A stretch of DNA of 64,000 nt, taken from positions 58,859,597 to 58,923,596 of the forward strand of contig CM074512.1 of the NCBI GenBank assembly GCA_037379345.1, read 5' to 3'. Of this stretch, positions 23,696-37,600 are shown piece by piece. The stretch is from Perna viridis (lineage: Eukaryota). The position numbers were made by a program, and so were the translations under genes. Under the pieces are notes generated by a model. It was given only the letters and a program-made list of their open reading frames with translations, was not told the origin of the DNA and made no database searches. Every line of letters begins with the position of its first letter. The first letter of the stretch is position 1.

Positions 23696-26600
23696 TCATC
23701 AATTTTCCATGGTTAAATCAGTGACATATTCCAAACAAGGCTTACAACACTTAAATTGGTGTACATGTCTCCAATATATTCTATGACAAAATGGAAAACA
23801 ATCATAGAATCTTTTTAACCAACTGCTTATTTCAATGATATTTTACTGGCAGCAGTCATATTGATGGTTTTATCTACTAAGTTCTGAATTGTTGATATGT
23901 TTACTATTATGTTTTCAGCATCAAGATGAACAGCTGATCTGTTATTTGATGTCACTTTGTTGAGGTTTTTTGTTTATTTTACCTGAAAATTAACCATACA
24001 TTGCCCAGGAAATGGGTTGAAAATATGTCTATCACAAAACTAAAAAGAATTAAATGTATGTTACACTTTAAAGTTAGAAATACCATTTACATAAAATTAC
24101 TCATTAATTTGAAATATTTTTTTACCTTAAACTTGATATAACATGAAGAATGTTAGTTCTACTATAATATATTTGTTTTATGTTAGTAGGAAAGAACTAT
24201 GATATTTACACTTCCTTACTTTGTAACAAAGTCATTTGGTATTAGACAAGATTGTGAGTGGAAAAAATATTTTGATAATAATGATGAAACGAAATTAAAC
24301 CAATTACAATGTAATTACATTTGCACAATGTATTTTTTTTTGTGATGATGTTTTTTTTGGTTTTTTTTTAGGGGGTTGTGATCATTGCAAAATTTGTCTT
24401 ATGCAAGTATAATTGTTCAACAAAGTGAAAATACAAATGTGACTATCTAAGTGCTATTCTAGATGTAAGATTTCAGTCATTGGATGAATTATGGTGAAAA
24501 AAAAAACACACAAGTCATTCCATGAAATCTTATTCTATATGTTCAATGAAATGCAAAAATGTCAGTCATTTCTTTCTTAAGTGTCATTAATTCAAGTAAT
24601 TCAATGATATGAAATGCTTTGCAAGTCTGTCATCAAAGGGAGATAATTCACTTTTTCTCTTCCATTCTACTATAACTTTGAACTCGCTTTTCTGCATCCT
24701 TTGACACTTCTTATACAAATGAACTTTCAATGTGTCCTCAATAGACCATAAACTATGTGTCCACATTGTCAAGTTCTTGTGTTTTTTTCTGAGTAGGATT
24801 CATTGTTTTTCAATTTTGCCCGATTCTTACAGATTACAACACATAGTAATCATATAGTTTTACTAGGTTCTGGTATAGTGTTTTCACTTATTTCAATAAT
24901 GAATCTGTTCTTTGTAGTTTTTTTTTAACAATTTTGAAAAATGTCAGCTCATTCTTTTCATTCTTACTTCTCCATCTAAAGTTTCACAAAAATGGCTTTG
25001 AGAAAAGCATGAAATTGATTCTTAATTTTTTAGTACTCCTGTGCTTGGTTTCATAAAAAAATTTCCTCATACCCTTCCTCAACTGAATTTTGACTCTAAA
25101 TCAGTTAAAATTGAAGATTCTGTTTGAATGTTCATCGACAATTTTGTTAGTGCAAAGTCTCAAAATCTTTACTAAGTGCTGAACTGAAATTTTGCACAAT
25201 TATCAATATTTAAGTTTGGAGATATGCAAGTTTTGGTCAAATTTGGATAAGAATGTTTTGTTAAAATTTCTTTTAATGAAAAAATTGATTTTTTATTGCA
25301 AAATCATAAAAAAAATATACAAAATTAAGAACTGACATTCTGTACTACAATTTAAATGGAAGGAAGGCATGAAAATTACTATGAAATAATGAATATTTGA
25401 ATGGTATCTTATTGAAATAGATTTTTTATATAGAGTGGTATATTGTTCCTTTGTTAGTGCATATTGTGTTGTATACTTCTACAAATTATTACTGCAGTGG
25501 AACTTGTTTAATCTAACAGTTAAATGTTCTTGGTCTTACTTTCAGATCTAACCCTTGTTGTGATTGAAATTTACATTGTTTTTCAATCTGTGTTTTCCAG
25601 CAATATTTATTGTTAAAAGAAATATTTTCTGTTCTAAGATGCCTTTCAAAAATGGATCTCAAGTTTTTTGAAAAGGGGAGGAAGGTCTAGACCATTAATT
25701 TGCTCATTTTTTTGCCCAAATTTTTCACAATATAAACAAAAACTCAGATAAAAAAGGGGGAGGGGTTGCAACCCCCAGAACCCTTTTCTTGGATCCATCA
25801 CTTACTTGGGTCAGACATGTTCCATTGTACAAACTGTCACAAATTTCCAATTGTTTTTTTTTATTTTTTGAGGGTTGTTTTGAAGTAATGTATTGCTATT
25901 GTTATATATTGTTATATATTTATTGTAAATTAAAAGTTGAATTACATAACTGCCTATAATATCAACTACAGATAGTATATACATGTAATAAATACATGTA
26001 TTACTAGTACCCTGAACATTCCCAGCCTACAGGGAAACAAGAGTAAAATGTTAATGATTGATATAGTATTTGGGAACATACTGCTAGACATTTTTTTTTC
26101 TATTTTTGGATTATTCCACAGCATATAAACAGTAAAAGTAAACCCATTTCACCTACTAACTTAAAATAAAAGGAAAGATAACTATGAATATTCTGGTATT
26201 CTAAAGGTTAACCTTATTTCAAGCTTATTTGTCTTAATTGGAATGTTTTCAGGTCCATGTAGAACTTTGATAAGGCTCCAACCACTTCTGCCCCCCCTCC
26301 CCCCCCCCAACAGGGTAATAAAATGGTCAGTGCCTTAGAACAGTGTCAGAATTTAAACAAAAATATATCAACTTCTCGAATCAATTTAATTCCATACATT
26401 TTATCAGAATGAAACAGAATATATGACCAATCAACCTTCTCCGACTTTTATCAGAGTCATACATAAGCTTTAGTTTTTTTTTCTATTATAGCCTGCGAAA
26501 ATAGTACACAAACGCATCACATTACGGACGAAGAACATGATCAAAGCTTTGGTTTATACTTACACTACCGGAATTTCAATACAGATTTCATCACTTATAA

Positions 26601-27997
26601 TGTTGCTATAAATTATTATACTTCTTTTTCACAAAACTTCAGTACTTAACGATTCTGTTGTTTCACAGTACCTCGAATTTCAGTCACTTTTCGGTTCTGT
26701 AAATTTCTGTCAATTTTTAGAGACATTGCTGATAGTATATTTCTCAGCTCAGGCGCAAAGGGGAACTTTCTACAATTTACCCTCAATATTATTTCTTTAA
26801 ACTCTTCTGAGAGATATATACGGTGTATGAAAGAAATATAGAATCTACTACGACAACGAGTTGATCATCTAGTGAAATATATTTTATAGTTTTAGTTCTG
26901 ATCGCGAGACTTGCCGAGCTATTCAAACTATAAAATTTATTTCACGAGATGTGAGAAATAAATAATCAACAAGCTTTGAGTGTAGATTCTATTTCCCTAA
27001 TAACGTCAAAAATACCCATGAATTAAAAGCGCGAAACGTTATGATTCCGATTCGTAGGAAACATATTGACGTCACACAAACGCACACATTCCAAACAAAA
27101 GAAACCAGATGATTTCGAAGGTTTTTTCACTTCAAATCTTCCTGAGACCTTTCAAAAGTCTTATTTAAGGTAAGAAAACACCAAAATTATATTATTTAAC
27201 TGAAATATAACTACAACGGCAATCGAGGCGATTCAAGATGGAGTCCAAGACAATCGATTTCTAAGCCAATCGAACTCTTGAGAACAAAAAAAGTCACTTG
27301 TGAAGAGAAAATTTTTTCCACACCGGTCAAGCGGTGTGAAAATTGAAGAAAAAATTAGAGGAAGTTAATTTTCTTCTTAGGACAAAGTATGCAGTTCATG
27401 TTCGTGAATAAAGAAAAAAATAGATGAAAATGTAAGGAAGGTAAAATTATAGAGACAATTTAAGTCTTGTGCATGACAGTGATCTTGAACTACTCATCTA
27501 AATTTTAATATTAATTGAAGAGAAACTTACAACGGAAAGAGGTTGCTCCAGTTGTGTTCAACGCTGTTTGTTGGAGCTCGCGCAAAAACAAAAAAAAATC
27601 CGAGGCTTAGGTATATGCGTAATAAAAACCAGACTTTAAGCGACACAATCACACAAGTTGCTGGTTCAAGAACAACCTTCATTTTGTTTGTTTCTGAATG
27701 CTACTATTTAAAACTGCAAGTAACCACTAACTTTTGATATTAAAATTAAAGAAAACTTAATACTTTAAGAGGTCTAAATATGACATATAACTTCTACATG
27801 AAAATAACTCCATAATGTACTGTCCTAAAGTGAATTTCGCGAGGGGTCGAAAAAGGTTCATCGAACTATCAAAATTGTTAAGTTTGCTAAATAATGCTAG
27901 AAAACATTTTATTTGGTGGAATGAACAATCAATGACAGATCAAACGGGGTCTTTTTCTACATTTTCAGAAAATTTCAATTTTTTTTAGTAGCGTCCT

Positions 27998-28033
<36 letters not shown>

Positions 28034-28601
28034 CAACACTTACACCGCAACCTTCGTAGTTTCATGCACTTTGGTAAAGGGAATAATTATGTGCTATTAT
28101 TTATTTTTCTTACGCAAGAAACAACAGTTCGTGTATATACATCTGAAAAGAAAAACGTCAAAATACAAAATTGTTTGTAAGTTTATCTATTTTGTTGTTT
28201 TGTTTGTTGTTTGTTTGTTAGTTATTTTGTCTGTTTGTTTGTTTTTTTCCCTGTGTTTTTTGTTTTTGTTTTTGTTTTTTTTTGTTCTTGTGTTTTGTTT
28301 TTGTTTTTGCGAAACCTACAATGTAAGAGAAAACTGTAATTGCACACACGATACGCCGATACATCTGAAGAGGGGGCTACCGGAAGAGAAAGCACAGTGA
28401 CGTTGCGCACAAAAATTGGCGCATCGAAGTCATAAAGGTAAGAAACGTCACAGTTCGTTTCTATTGCCGACGTCGCCTTCAGTAGGTCATTTGCGGTTTG
28501 ATCGTCACGACGTGAAGACGCAAAACAGTGATCAGCTAATCTTTAGCATTTCACGAGTTTTTAAGGTGTTCTTGTTTATCAAAACAAGTATACTTCTTAA
28601 T

Positions 28602-31600
28602 ATGGGTGAGTTTAACATTTTTGTCTTTTCTAAAAGATCTTGCTTTGTTCTAACATACACATCAGGAAATTAGTGCAAGTAGTAGACAGAACACCGTAAT
28701 GAGGGCTTTCTTTTTCTCCTTTCTCTTGTCTTTGAAACTGAAGCTTGATATTTGTCTCGTATGCATACATGGTCTCACGGCCACAGGGTCTTCTTGTTTA
28801 CTCTTCTTTACTTCTTTCTACTACTTTTCAGATAAGCATGCTGACTGTAGACTTGCTCGGTATTTACCGGACATAGAAAGGGTTGTCGGTCCTTTTACCG
28901 ACGAGCGTAAGTCTTTCTTACTTTCTTACTTCCTCACTTTCTACTATCTTTAACTATCATTATTCCTATGATTAAGTCTACTGTTTTCCATTCTCGTTAT
29001 GAACAGTTTTCATCACTACCTCGACCTTTTCACCACGTTTAGTACTCTATTTAGAACTTCTGTCAAAGGACCTTTCTCAAAAATATTTTTATTCATGTGC
29101 CATAGTATGGTCTGTGAGCATTTAATTGGTATTGCTACATGTGTACAAGTATATTACTTGACATAACAAATTATTAACCATTACATCGGTGGTTTTTTTC
29201 CTGTTTTCCCAACTATTGTGAATGTTTGATTTGTATAATGTTACCTTTTTAATCCGACACCCGAGTTATCCAGGTTCATGTTGGTAGTTTCATTGTTAAA
29301 AAAAACTTTCCTAAACAGTCTGCCTAGTTACACGATATTTTATTTTTAATCTGTGATTCAATCTTCAGCAGTGCCTCGAAACACAAGAAAATGTACCTGT
29401 TATAAAACTTCAAGATTCAATTTCTCTGAAGTTGTATGCACCTTTAGTATTACTAGTAAGTCTTTGTGAACGTGGTAAAATGAATTCCTTAAAGTATGCG
29501 ACATCTGTTCAACTTCATGAGTTCTATGATGAGTAAAACTGGCATTATATCATTAGATAACATTTTAAAAGATAATTATGAATGTTCATTAATTTCAGAG
29601 CGTGTAGAGTTGAGGATTCTGGTGGATATTCAAAACACGAGAATATTTGTTGCTGATATCAAACGTAGAGAAAGAAAAAACAACTCTAAAGTAGGTTTCT
29701 CGAATCTTTTTGTTTTGTTGTGTTGTTTTTGCTTTTGTTTTGTTTTGATTTTGTGGTTAATTCACAAGCCTGCTTTACAAATGGACCAATATTAGTTAAA
29801 TCGAACTGACATATTAGTTTATAAGTCAGCAATAATTTTGATAAAGGTTTTACTCTTAAATTATTTTTTCTACAATCCATTGCAGGATTTAAACAACAAT
29901 TGGGGTTTCCAGCAGCCATCCTTCAAAGAATATGGAAACTATACTGATAATTCTTGGAAAATACAGAAAATATCAAATGCTGTTAACGAACTGAAGTATT
30001 TTACCCAGTCTCAATCAAATTCCATCTTCAAAACTGGAGTCGCATCAGCTCATGATACTAGTGCCAGATGTATTCTGGTAGAGCCAAAACATCACAGTCA
30101 GTATAAGTCACGTGTCACCCTTAGAGACGGAGTAACACAAACCTGTGATGCAAGAGCCCAACTGTTTGGGAGAGAATCGGAGTACTTAAGTCAGTCTAAG
30201 CCACGGGTCTTCCAGAACGATAGAGAAACCCAAACTGATCCTAGATACACCGGAGCAGATTTGAGGTACGCCAGTCAATCTCGTACTATCTTCAAGGATG
30301 GGAAGACACAGACTGATGGTTCGGATAGTACTGTTGAGGCGATCAGGCTCAAAGACTTGCTGAAGGCGACTGCTCAGAGACTTCACCGTAAGTTTTCATA
30401 CTATATTCTAGCATTACATGTTAAACTAACATAAGTAAGTTAATGTTTTAATGTTCCCATTTCAAGTTACGACACTGATAGCAAAAATAGTAATTCAACA
30501 AATCATAACCACGTGTGCTGTGTTGTTTCTTTTGGGTTGTGTATTACATTTTTGTTTCCTTCTGTTACCGTTTTGCTTTTCCCTTATATGTTTCTCCTCC
30601 TTTATTGTAGATCCTGCCATTTATGCACCAGACTACCTTAGTGCATGTATAGATGAGTTGGACAATATATATTCGGAGGTGAGTTGAGAATATCGTATAT
30701 ATATATAACAGTCTTTTATCACTAATTTTGACGAAATTCACGTGACGGCATGTAAAAAATGCATGAAGTATAATTATACTAAGCTGTGTAAAACTTGGTT
30801 CAATAAGAACCTATTAGGTGTTTTTTGTGAATAGAGATGCATTGTTTGACACACGAAATTCAAACGTAAATGACATATGTAAGTATTGATGACTTGTATA
30901 GAAATCTTAATTTTTTATATAGCATTAACATTTAACTCTATTTCAGACAACCTTTTACCGAAACGACACACATTTGGCCAACCACCGCTTTGCTGATATA
31001 GTGAGATCTATTCTCTACCCCGTTCTGAGTGTGTTTAGGACTCAGCAATTAAAACCTATCATAATAACTCACGAAATTGGCGGGAAAAGAGAAGCATCAA
31101 CTCAGTCTTATTCACCAACTTCTGCTTCCTCGCAACAGTCAAAATTATCTTACGTTCAACAACCTACGTATTCTTACTCACCTCAGCTAGCTTCTTACTC
31201 ACCACAACCAGCTGCTTCATCACCACAACCTACTTCTTACTCATCACAGTCAACTTCTTCTTACTCACAACAGTCAACATCTACAGACGAACTACATTCA
31301 AACGATCCACAAAGTGGAAATTATATTGATGAAAATTATCGTCCAGGTATTTTGTTGAAGCCTAAAACCAGTTGTAAACCAAAGAGAGTATCGTTTAAAG
31401 AAGGCTTTGATGTATATAGTTCGTCCAGAAACACGGAGCCACATCATGACAGCGATAGTGACAGGTTGTATGGGCATAGAAGAATAGTTTTCGGGATAAG
31501 CCAAGCTGCCACTGTTCCTTCAACTGATTACATCAACAACAATGTCTTCAAGAAAGATGAATTTCAGGATGCAAGCGAAGCTGAAAATACTGGCGAAGGT

Positions 31601-34600
31601 AGGAAACTAAGTCTATTATTGGGTCAAGAAATAAAATTTAGTACAAAAGTATTGGAATAAAATTAAGAAAAGCAAGGCAAATTTGATATACGTATGCTTA
31701 TTTACATTACATGTTATACGAGTATAAACCAATTACAGAACTTTTTTACTGTTATGAATAGATCAGTTAAGTTATTCAAGGTTTGTATTTTTTCTAATGC
31801 CAGGAAATCCTTATCCAATTTCATGATTAGACAATTTCCATCCTAGAAATGACATACTTGTACTAGTGTAAGTAAGACTTACAATCTTAGACAGGTATAT
31901 ATCTCAAACGTTTCTTGCTTGTTTTGCAGGTGAATATGGCAAAAAGAATTCTATCACTGATTATGTACCTGAGAATGTACAAAATACCACCACGGCCATT
32001 ACATATGGAAATTCAAGATTATATGATGCATCAAAATGCCAAGAAATCAGAGAAGAAGTTGAACAATATTTTGCATCGTCTACGGAGAATTTCAGACGTG
32101 AAAGCAAAGCAACATCTGCAAACTTGTTCAACAAAGATACGTTTTCCTACAGCGAAAACCTAGAAAACGAACCGCATGACATAAACCCTGTTTATAAAAC
32201 AGCTTCTGTTGACAGGAGCGAGGATGAACTAGACGACAATCCACCTCTATGTTATGACGATGAAGATGATTTAGAACCGTTGGATATTTCATGGCCACCA
32301 GTGCCAGACTTAGCCTCGCTTTTAGAGGAAGATACCCGAGTTCATCTCACCGATATAGATGATGATTACACTCAATATATCTCATGTAAAAGACCAGTCT
32401 ATCCTGTAGTGGAGTATCCATTGTATTACAGGATTGAAAACCACGTGGATTTTTCTTCTGAGGATTTGTTTCAAGATGAGTCTGAAAGTATTGTCATCAC
32501 TCCATTATCTTCTGAGGAAAGTGAGGTCGAGTATGACACAGAAAGTTCTACTCAATATACAGAAACTTCTGGACCCGAGGCGACTGCCAAGCATATTGGA
32601 AATAAAATAAACATTCAAAAAACAGTCTTGGGGATTCCACCAAAGAACATTGATAAACGTAAGTATAGTTTGATATACAGTACTCCAATTAGTAAGCGTA
32701 CTTAAATAGATAGTAAAGTGATTTCACAACCCACGAGGCTTATTATCTAGGTATACACATATGCTTAACGAAGAAGTCGAAGATTCGAAACAGCACTTGT
32801 TAGTAGATGCATTATGCTGGGCCAGTGATAAAAAAAAACATCGGTAATCAATGTTAAAAATAAAATAAAATAATAACAATTAATAACAATAAAGACCGGA
32901 GTATGCACAACTTCTCAGTAGCTGAATAAAACATTTTCCTCAAACAAAAACAAAAAAGTAAAAATGTCGCATCGCATGTTTTCGGTATGAAGATTTTAAT
33001 CGCCAAAATTTAAAATTTCAGAATACAGTCAATCCGGGGCGCCTGTTCGATGTCAAAATTTCTTGAAACAAGATTCTAACCAATTGGCAACTGAAATAGT
33101 CAGTACGGAAATACAACGTACTGACAAAGAGAAAATGGTGGCCAGCGAAGCAATAAACAAACCTAATTCAATCGACAGGAATTGTTTCAGCGTTGAGCGA
33201 TTCTTCAATGATACCGCTAGTGATGAATATCCAAACAGCGCAACAAGTGCATCAGAAAGCTATCTTGATCCAAAAAGTGATGAATTGTTTGGAAGTGATA
33301 GTGAATTGGAAGAGTTCGAAAGAGAAGAAATTGACAATGTCACATGTATGATTTCTTCAACAACTGGAGAAGAAATTTTCCTCGACCTCAGTGAATTAGA
33401 CGAAAACAGCGATAATCATCAAATAAAAAAATCACTAACTGCAAGCTCCCCAAGAGGATATGTTGAAAATGGCGATGAGGCATCAAACGATGAAGACTTC
33501 TGGAGCACAAATATGAAATGCACTGATGTACAAGCTAAACTGAACGATCATGTTGTTCAACCAACCAGAAAACAAGTTGAATCGAACGATCATGTTGTTC
33601 TACCAACGAAAGAACAAGTGAAACGTTACGATCAATATATGCTACAATCGGAAGAAGTAGTAAAACCGAACCATGAAAATGCACTGCCAATCGAAGAACA
33701 AATAAAACTGGACGATCAAAGACCACTATCTACTGAAGAACAAGTAAAACTGAATAGTCAAAGTTCATTACCAACTAAAGATGCAATATCGAAGCATGTC
33801 GAAAATAGAAACATTCATGATAAAATGGATGAAAAAGTCAATACTGTACAAACACAGGAAAAGCCTGATCATAAAGACACCAACAAATATGAAACTCTAG
33901 CAGCTGCAACTGTGATGGAACTATCCACTATAACTGATGACATTATGTATGACGAGGTCGCAAAAAGAATGAAAGAAATTTCAATGGATGAAATTTCAAA
34001 TAATGTTAAAGTTGTCAGTAAATCTGTCCTAAGCAAAGAAACCAACATTGGTATAATTTCTAGAGAAGACCCTCCAGATATTGTCAGCAATCCACTCATT
34101 CAAAACGACCAGAAAATTCAGCCTTGGGCATTCAATTGCGGAATAAAAGAGAGCTATGAAGAAACCTCATATGACAGTGATGATTTCTGGGAATTAAATG
34201 GTAAACATATAGCTGAACAATCAGACGATGATGGTACAGTTTCAAACAAGCACGACAATGGCGTAATTGAGCATACTGCAAGCAATAATAAATTCAATTC
34301 TGTTGCAGAACAAACCTCCGAAACTCATATGGCAGATTTGAATTTGACAACTTCTGATGTCCAGAAGAAAAAAGAAAAAAAGGAAAACTGGCCTTCATTA
34401 AATGACAATGTGAATGAAATCAATGTCGCCGATGAAAGTTCTTGTGACAGTGAAGACTTCTGGAACATGAGTGCTGAAGAAGGTGAAGAAAAAATCGAAT
34501 CAAAGGAATGCGAAATGCTGCCGGTTGAAAGTGTCGCTTGTAACAGTTACGAAGATCACAAGATTGCAAGTTATGGTCAAGTGATCCCCGCCCAAGGCAA

Positions 34601-37600
34601 TAAATCTGAGGACCTGAAACTTGACAGTTTCATTCATGATGTCATAGACAGAGCAAAATTGCCACAGGAAGCAGTTTCAAGAGAACAAACTGAATGTAAA
34701 CGGCAACTAATTGATGGCACAACTTTAAACAAATATGGAAATAGCAATATGAGGTTGGTTGCTAGTGAAAGTGGAATGAAACCTTCTGAGTCCTCTGTCA
34801 TGAAACTTAACACTTTAATTAATGATGTCCTAGAAAGAGCAAAATTACCAGAAGACACAATTTCAACAGAAGAAACTGATCGGCAATCAATTGAAAGTGC
34901 AACTGAATACAAACGCGAAGAAAGCAATGTGAAGTTTGCTGCCTGTGAAGGTCTGTCTGGGTCATCTGTCATGAAACTTGACACCTTAATCCACAATGTC
35001 ACAGAGCAAGCAATATTGCCAGAAGACACAGTTACAACAGAACAAACTCAATGCTCATATAAAGACAGTAGAGATGATAAAAACATGGATAGTCAATCAA
35101 CCAGTGGCATTAAAAATGAAAAACCATTAGTCAACCATTCACACTCCTTTGACAAAGAATACCCAAGTTCTGTTAGCAGCAGTGATTTCTGGAAGAGCCA
35201 CACATCCGATAAACACGAATCCAAAAATCAAGTAAAATTAGTTGATAACGAGAGCAAGCAGATACCATTAAGTAGCTCAGATTATTGCGTTCATATTATG
35301 TCAAGGTCTGATGATAGCCCAAGCCGTAAATCCTCCTCATGCGCAAGTCATGACAGTAAAAACAAGTATAAAACAAAACGCGATACTTCCAGTGACGAAA
35401 GCGAAAGGAGCAGCTGGACCAGCCGAAGTAGTCGCAGTTCCAGGAGCGATCGCAGAAAAAGGTATACGAAACGAAGGGGTAGTTCATCAGAATCGTATTC
35501 CAGAACAAACAGCAGTAGAAAATCGTACAGTTCAAGAAGTTGTACGAATAGTACTGAAACAACTACTGACTCTTATTCAAGTGATGACTACACCAAAAGT
35601 TCAAGCATATCGAAAATATCTGCAAGGTTCGATTATAGCAGAAGCACTGATAAATCAAAAAGTTCTGACGACAGAAGAAAAAGCAGGAACACTAATTCGT
35701 GTCTCAGCGACGCCAGTAATCAGAGTTCAATAAAATCGGAGCTGCAGTCCATCAATCATTCAGCAAAAAGCGATCGAAATGAAATTAATGAACAAAATAA
35801 ATCTCCAATAAAGGAAAAATGGCATCATTCTGATCAAACAAGAACTGATAACACAAACTGTGCCATACATTGCTCCGAAGACAAAAGTAGCACCAGTAGC
35901 ATTGCTGAAGACATAGTATCTTTCGAGAGTTCCCAGTCCAAACACTCTGATAATAAAAAGTACAATCATGTTTCTGAAAATCCATGCTTAGCTAGCGATG
36001 TATCTTGCGGCAACGAAAATAGCACAAAAGAAGCCGTGGAAGTTGGAACAACCAATAATGACCACTTTAATGATAGCGCTATAGACATAGAAGTCAAAGT
36101 GGAACCATCTCAGCAAGCTACCCAAAGAGAATCCGAAAATGATAGTAGCAGCATAAGTAGCATAGCGGAAGAAATCGAATCTATTTCAGCAAAAGACTGT
36201 CCACCACAAGAGAGTGAAAACCCGATAAATGCAAAAGCTGGAGTTGGAGCATGGGAATCTCCTACTGACAATGTTTTTAGCAGCCATGATAAAAGTGATG
36301 CCAAGCTTTCAGATCATGAGAGCAAAACTTCCTGTGATGTTCATTCCATCACTTCCCCTAAAAACGAGGGCGACAAAATCGCAAATCTAAACAGAAGTCT
36401 ACCAGAAAAAGTTTCTCATGAGTTGATCACAAGTGAACAAAGAGGATCTGAAAGCGATCAAGGCAGCACAAGTAGCACAGCAGAAGAAATTTTATCTATT
36501 TCTGACGAAAGCAGATTTTCTAAACCTTGTGATCATTCAAAATCTAAAGTCGCTGCATGGCTGTTTTCTGAGAAAGTCGCTGGGTCACAGCCTATGGCTA
36601 CCGCTAATGTATTAAGCAATGATATCACGGGCAAGATGGGCCAAGGAAAGGCCAGATATGGTCGGAGAAGCCAACTAAAAAAGTCAGATGTTGATGTGAC
36701 GAACACGGGGTCCAAAACAATGGATATCTTTGCAGACACAGATTGGCTAAAACCTCAGGAACACGAAATTAAAAGAGGTATTTAACATTTTACAGCTATG
36801 AAAAAAAATATCATGTTTGTGTGTAATTTTCCAAGATATGCTTAAAATTGTTTAAACACGATGATTAATTTTTTAAAAATATTTAAACAAATTGAGCGTC
36901 ATATTCTGCGATAACAATACTTATACTTGTGAAAAGTAACCAAAAAAAACTCATTTTAGGTAAAAAATGATGCAATTACTTTGTGATACATTTAATATCT
37001 TATAATTATATTTCAAATAGCAACAAACAGGTGAAATGGAAAGTTAGTTTTAAAGACATTAATTAATATATACTTAGAAAGTGATGGTCTTTTTTCAGGT
37101 GAGGCGAAGACAGAAATACGTGTCGATAAATCACACATTGAAAGCAGCTCTTGGAATGATAATGAAAAGACCGAAAGTAATACTAATAATTGTGATAACG
37201 GTCAAATTAATGAATATAAGAAAGGTGCAAAAGAAGTAGAGGAACAAAAAATAGACTTGGCGTGCGAAAACAAAGAAATACCCTCTATTACCAAAACGAT
37301 TGGTATTAATGGAGGAAAAAAAGAGCCAGTTGCTGAAAACAAAACACAAGGGGTATCCAAAGAGAAGAACAATGCTAAACCCAAAAAGGTGTCCAACATT
37401 TGGACAAAGATGATGGCAAAGTATGATGCCCCCAGCAAGCTAGAAAAAGAAGCAAAGAGTAAGAAATGGACAAAACAACGAGATTCAATAGCCAACATGT
37501 CAGATTCGGACAGAAGTCTGACGGATTCTGAATCTGACTCTGGCCAGAAGAAACCAGGCAGGACCCCCTTCAAAGCATTGGCGATAAACGACAGTTATGT

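Noticed and set aside
27998-28400. Hydrophobic ORF 28071-28400 as a membrane protein
   Set aside because: Translation of a T/GT-rich simple-sequence tract next to a poly-T run
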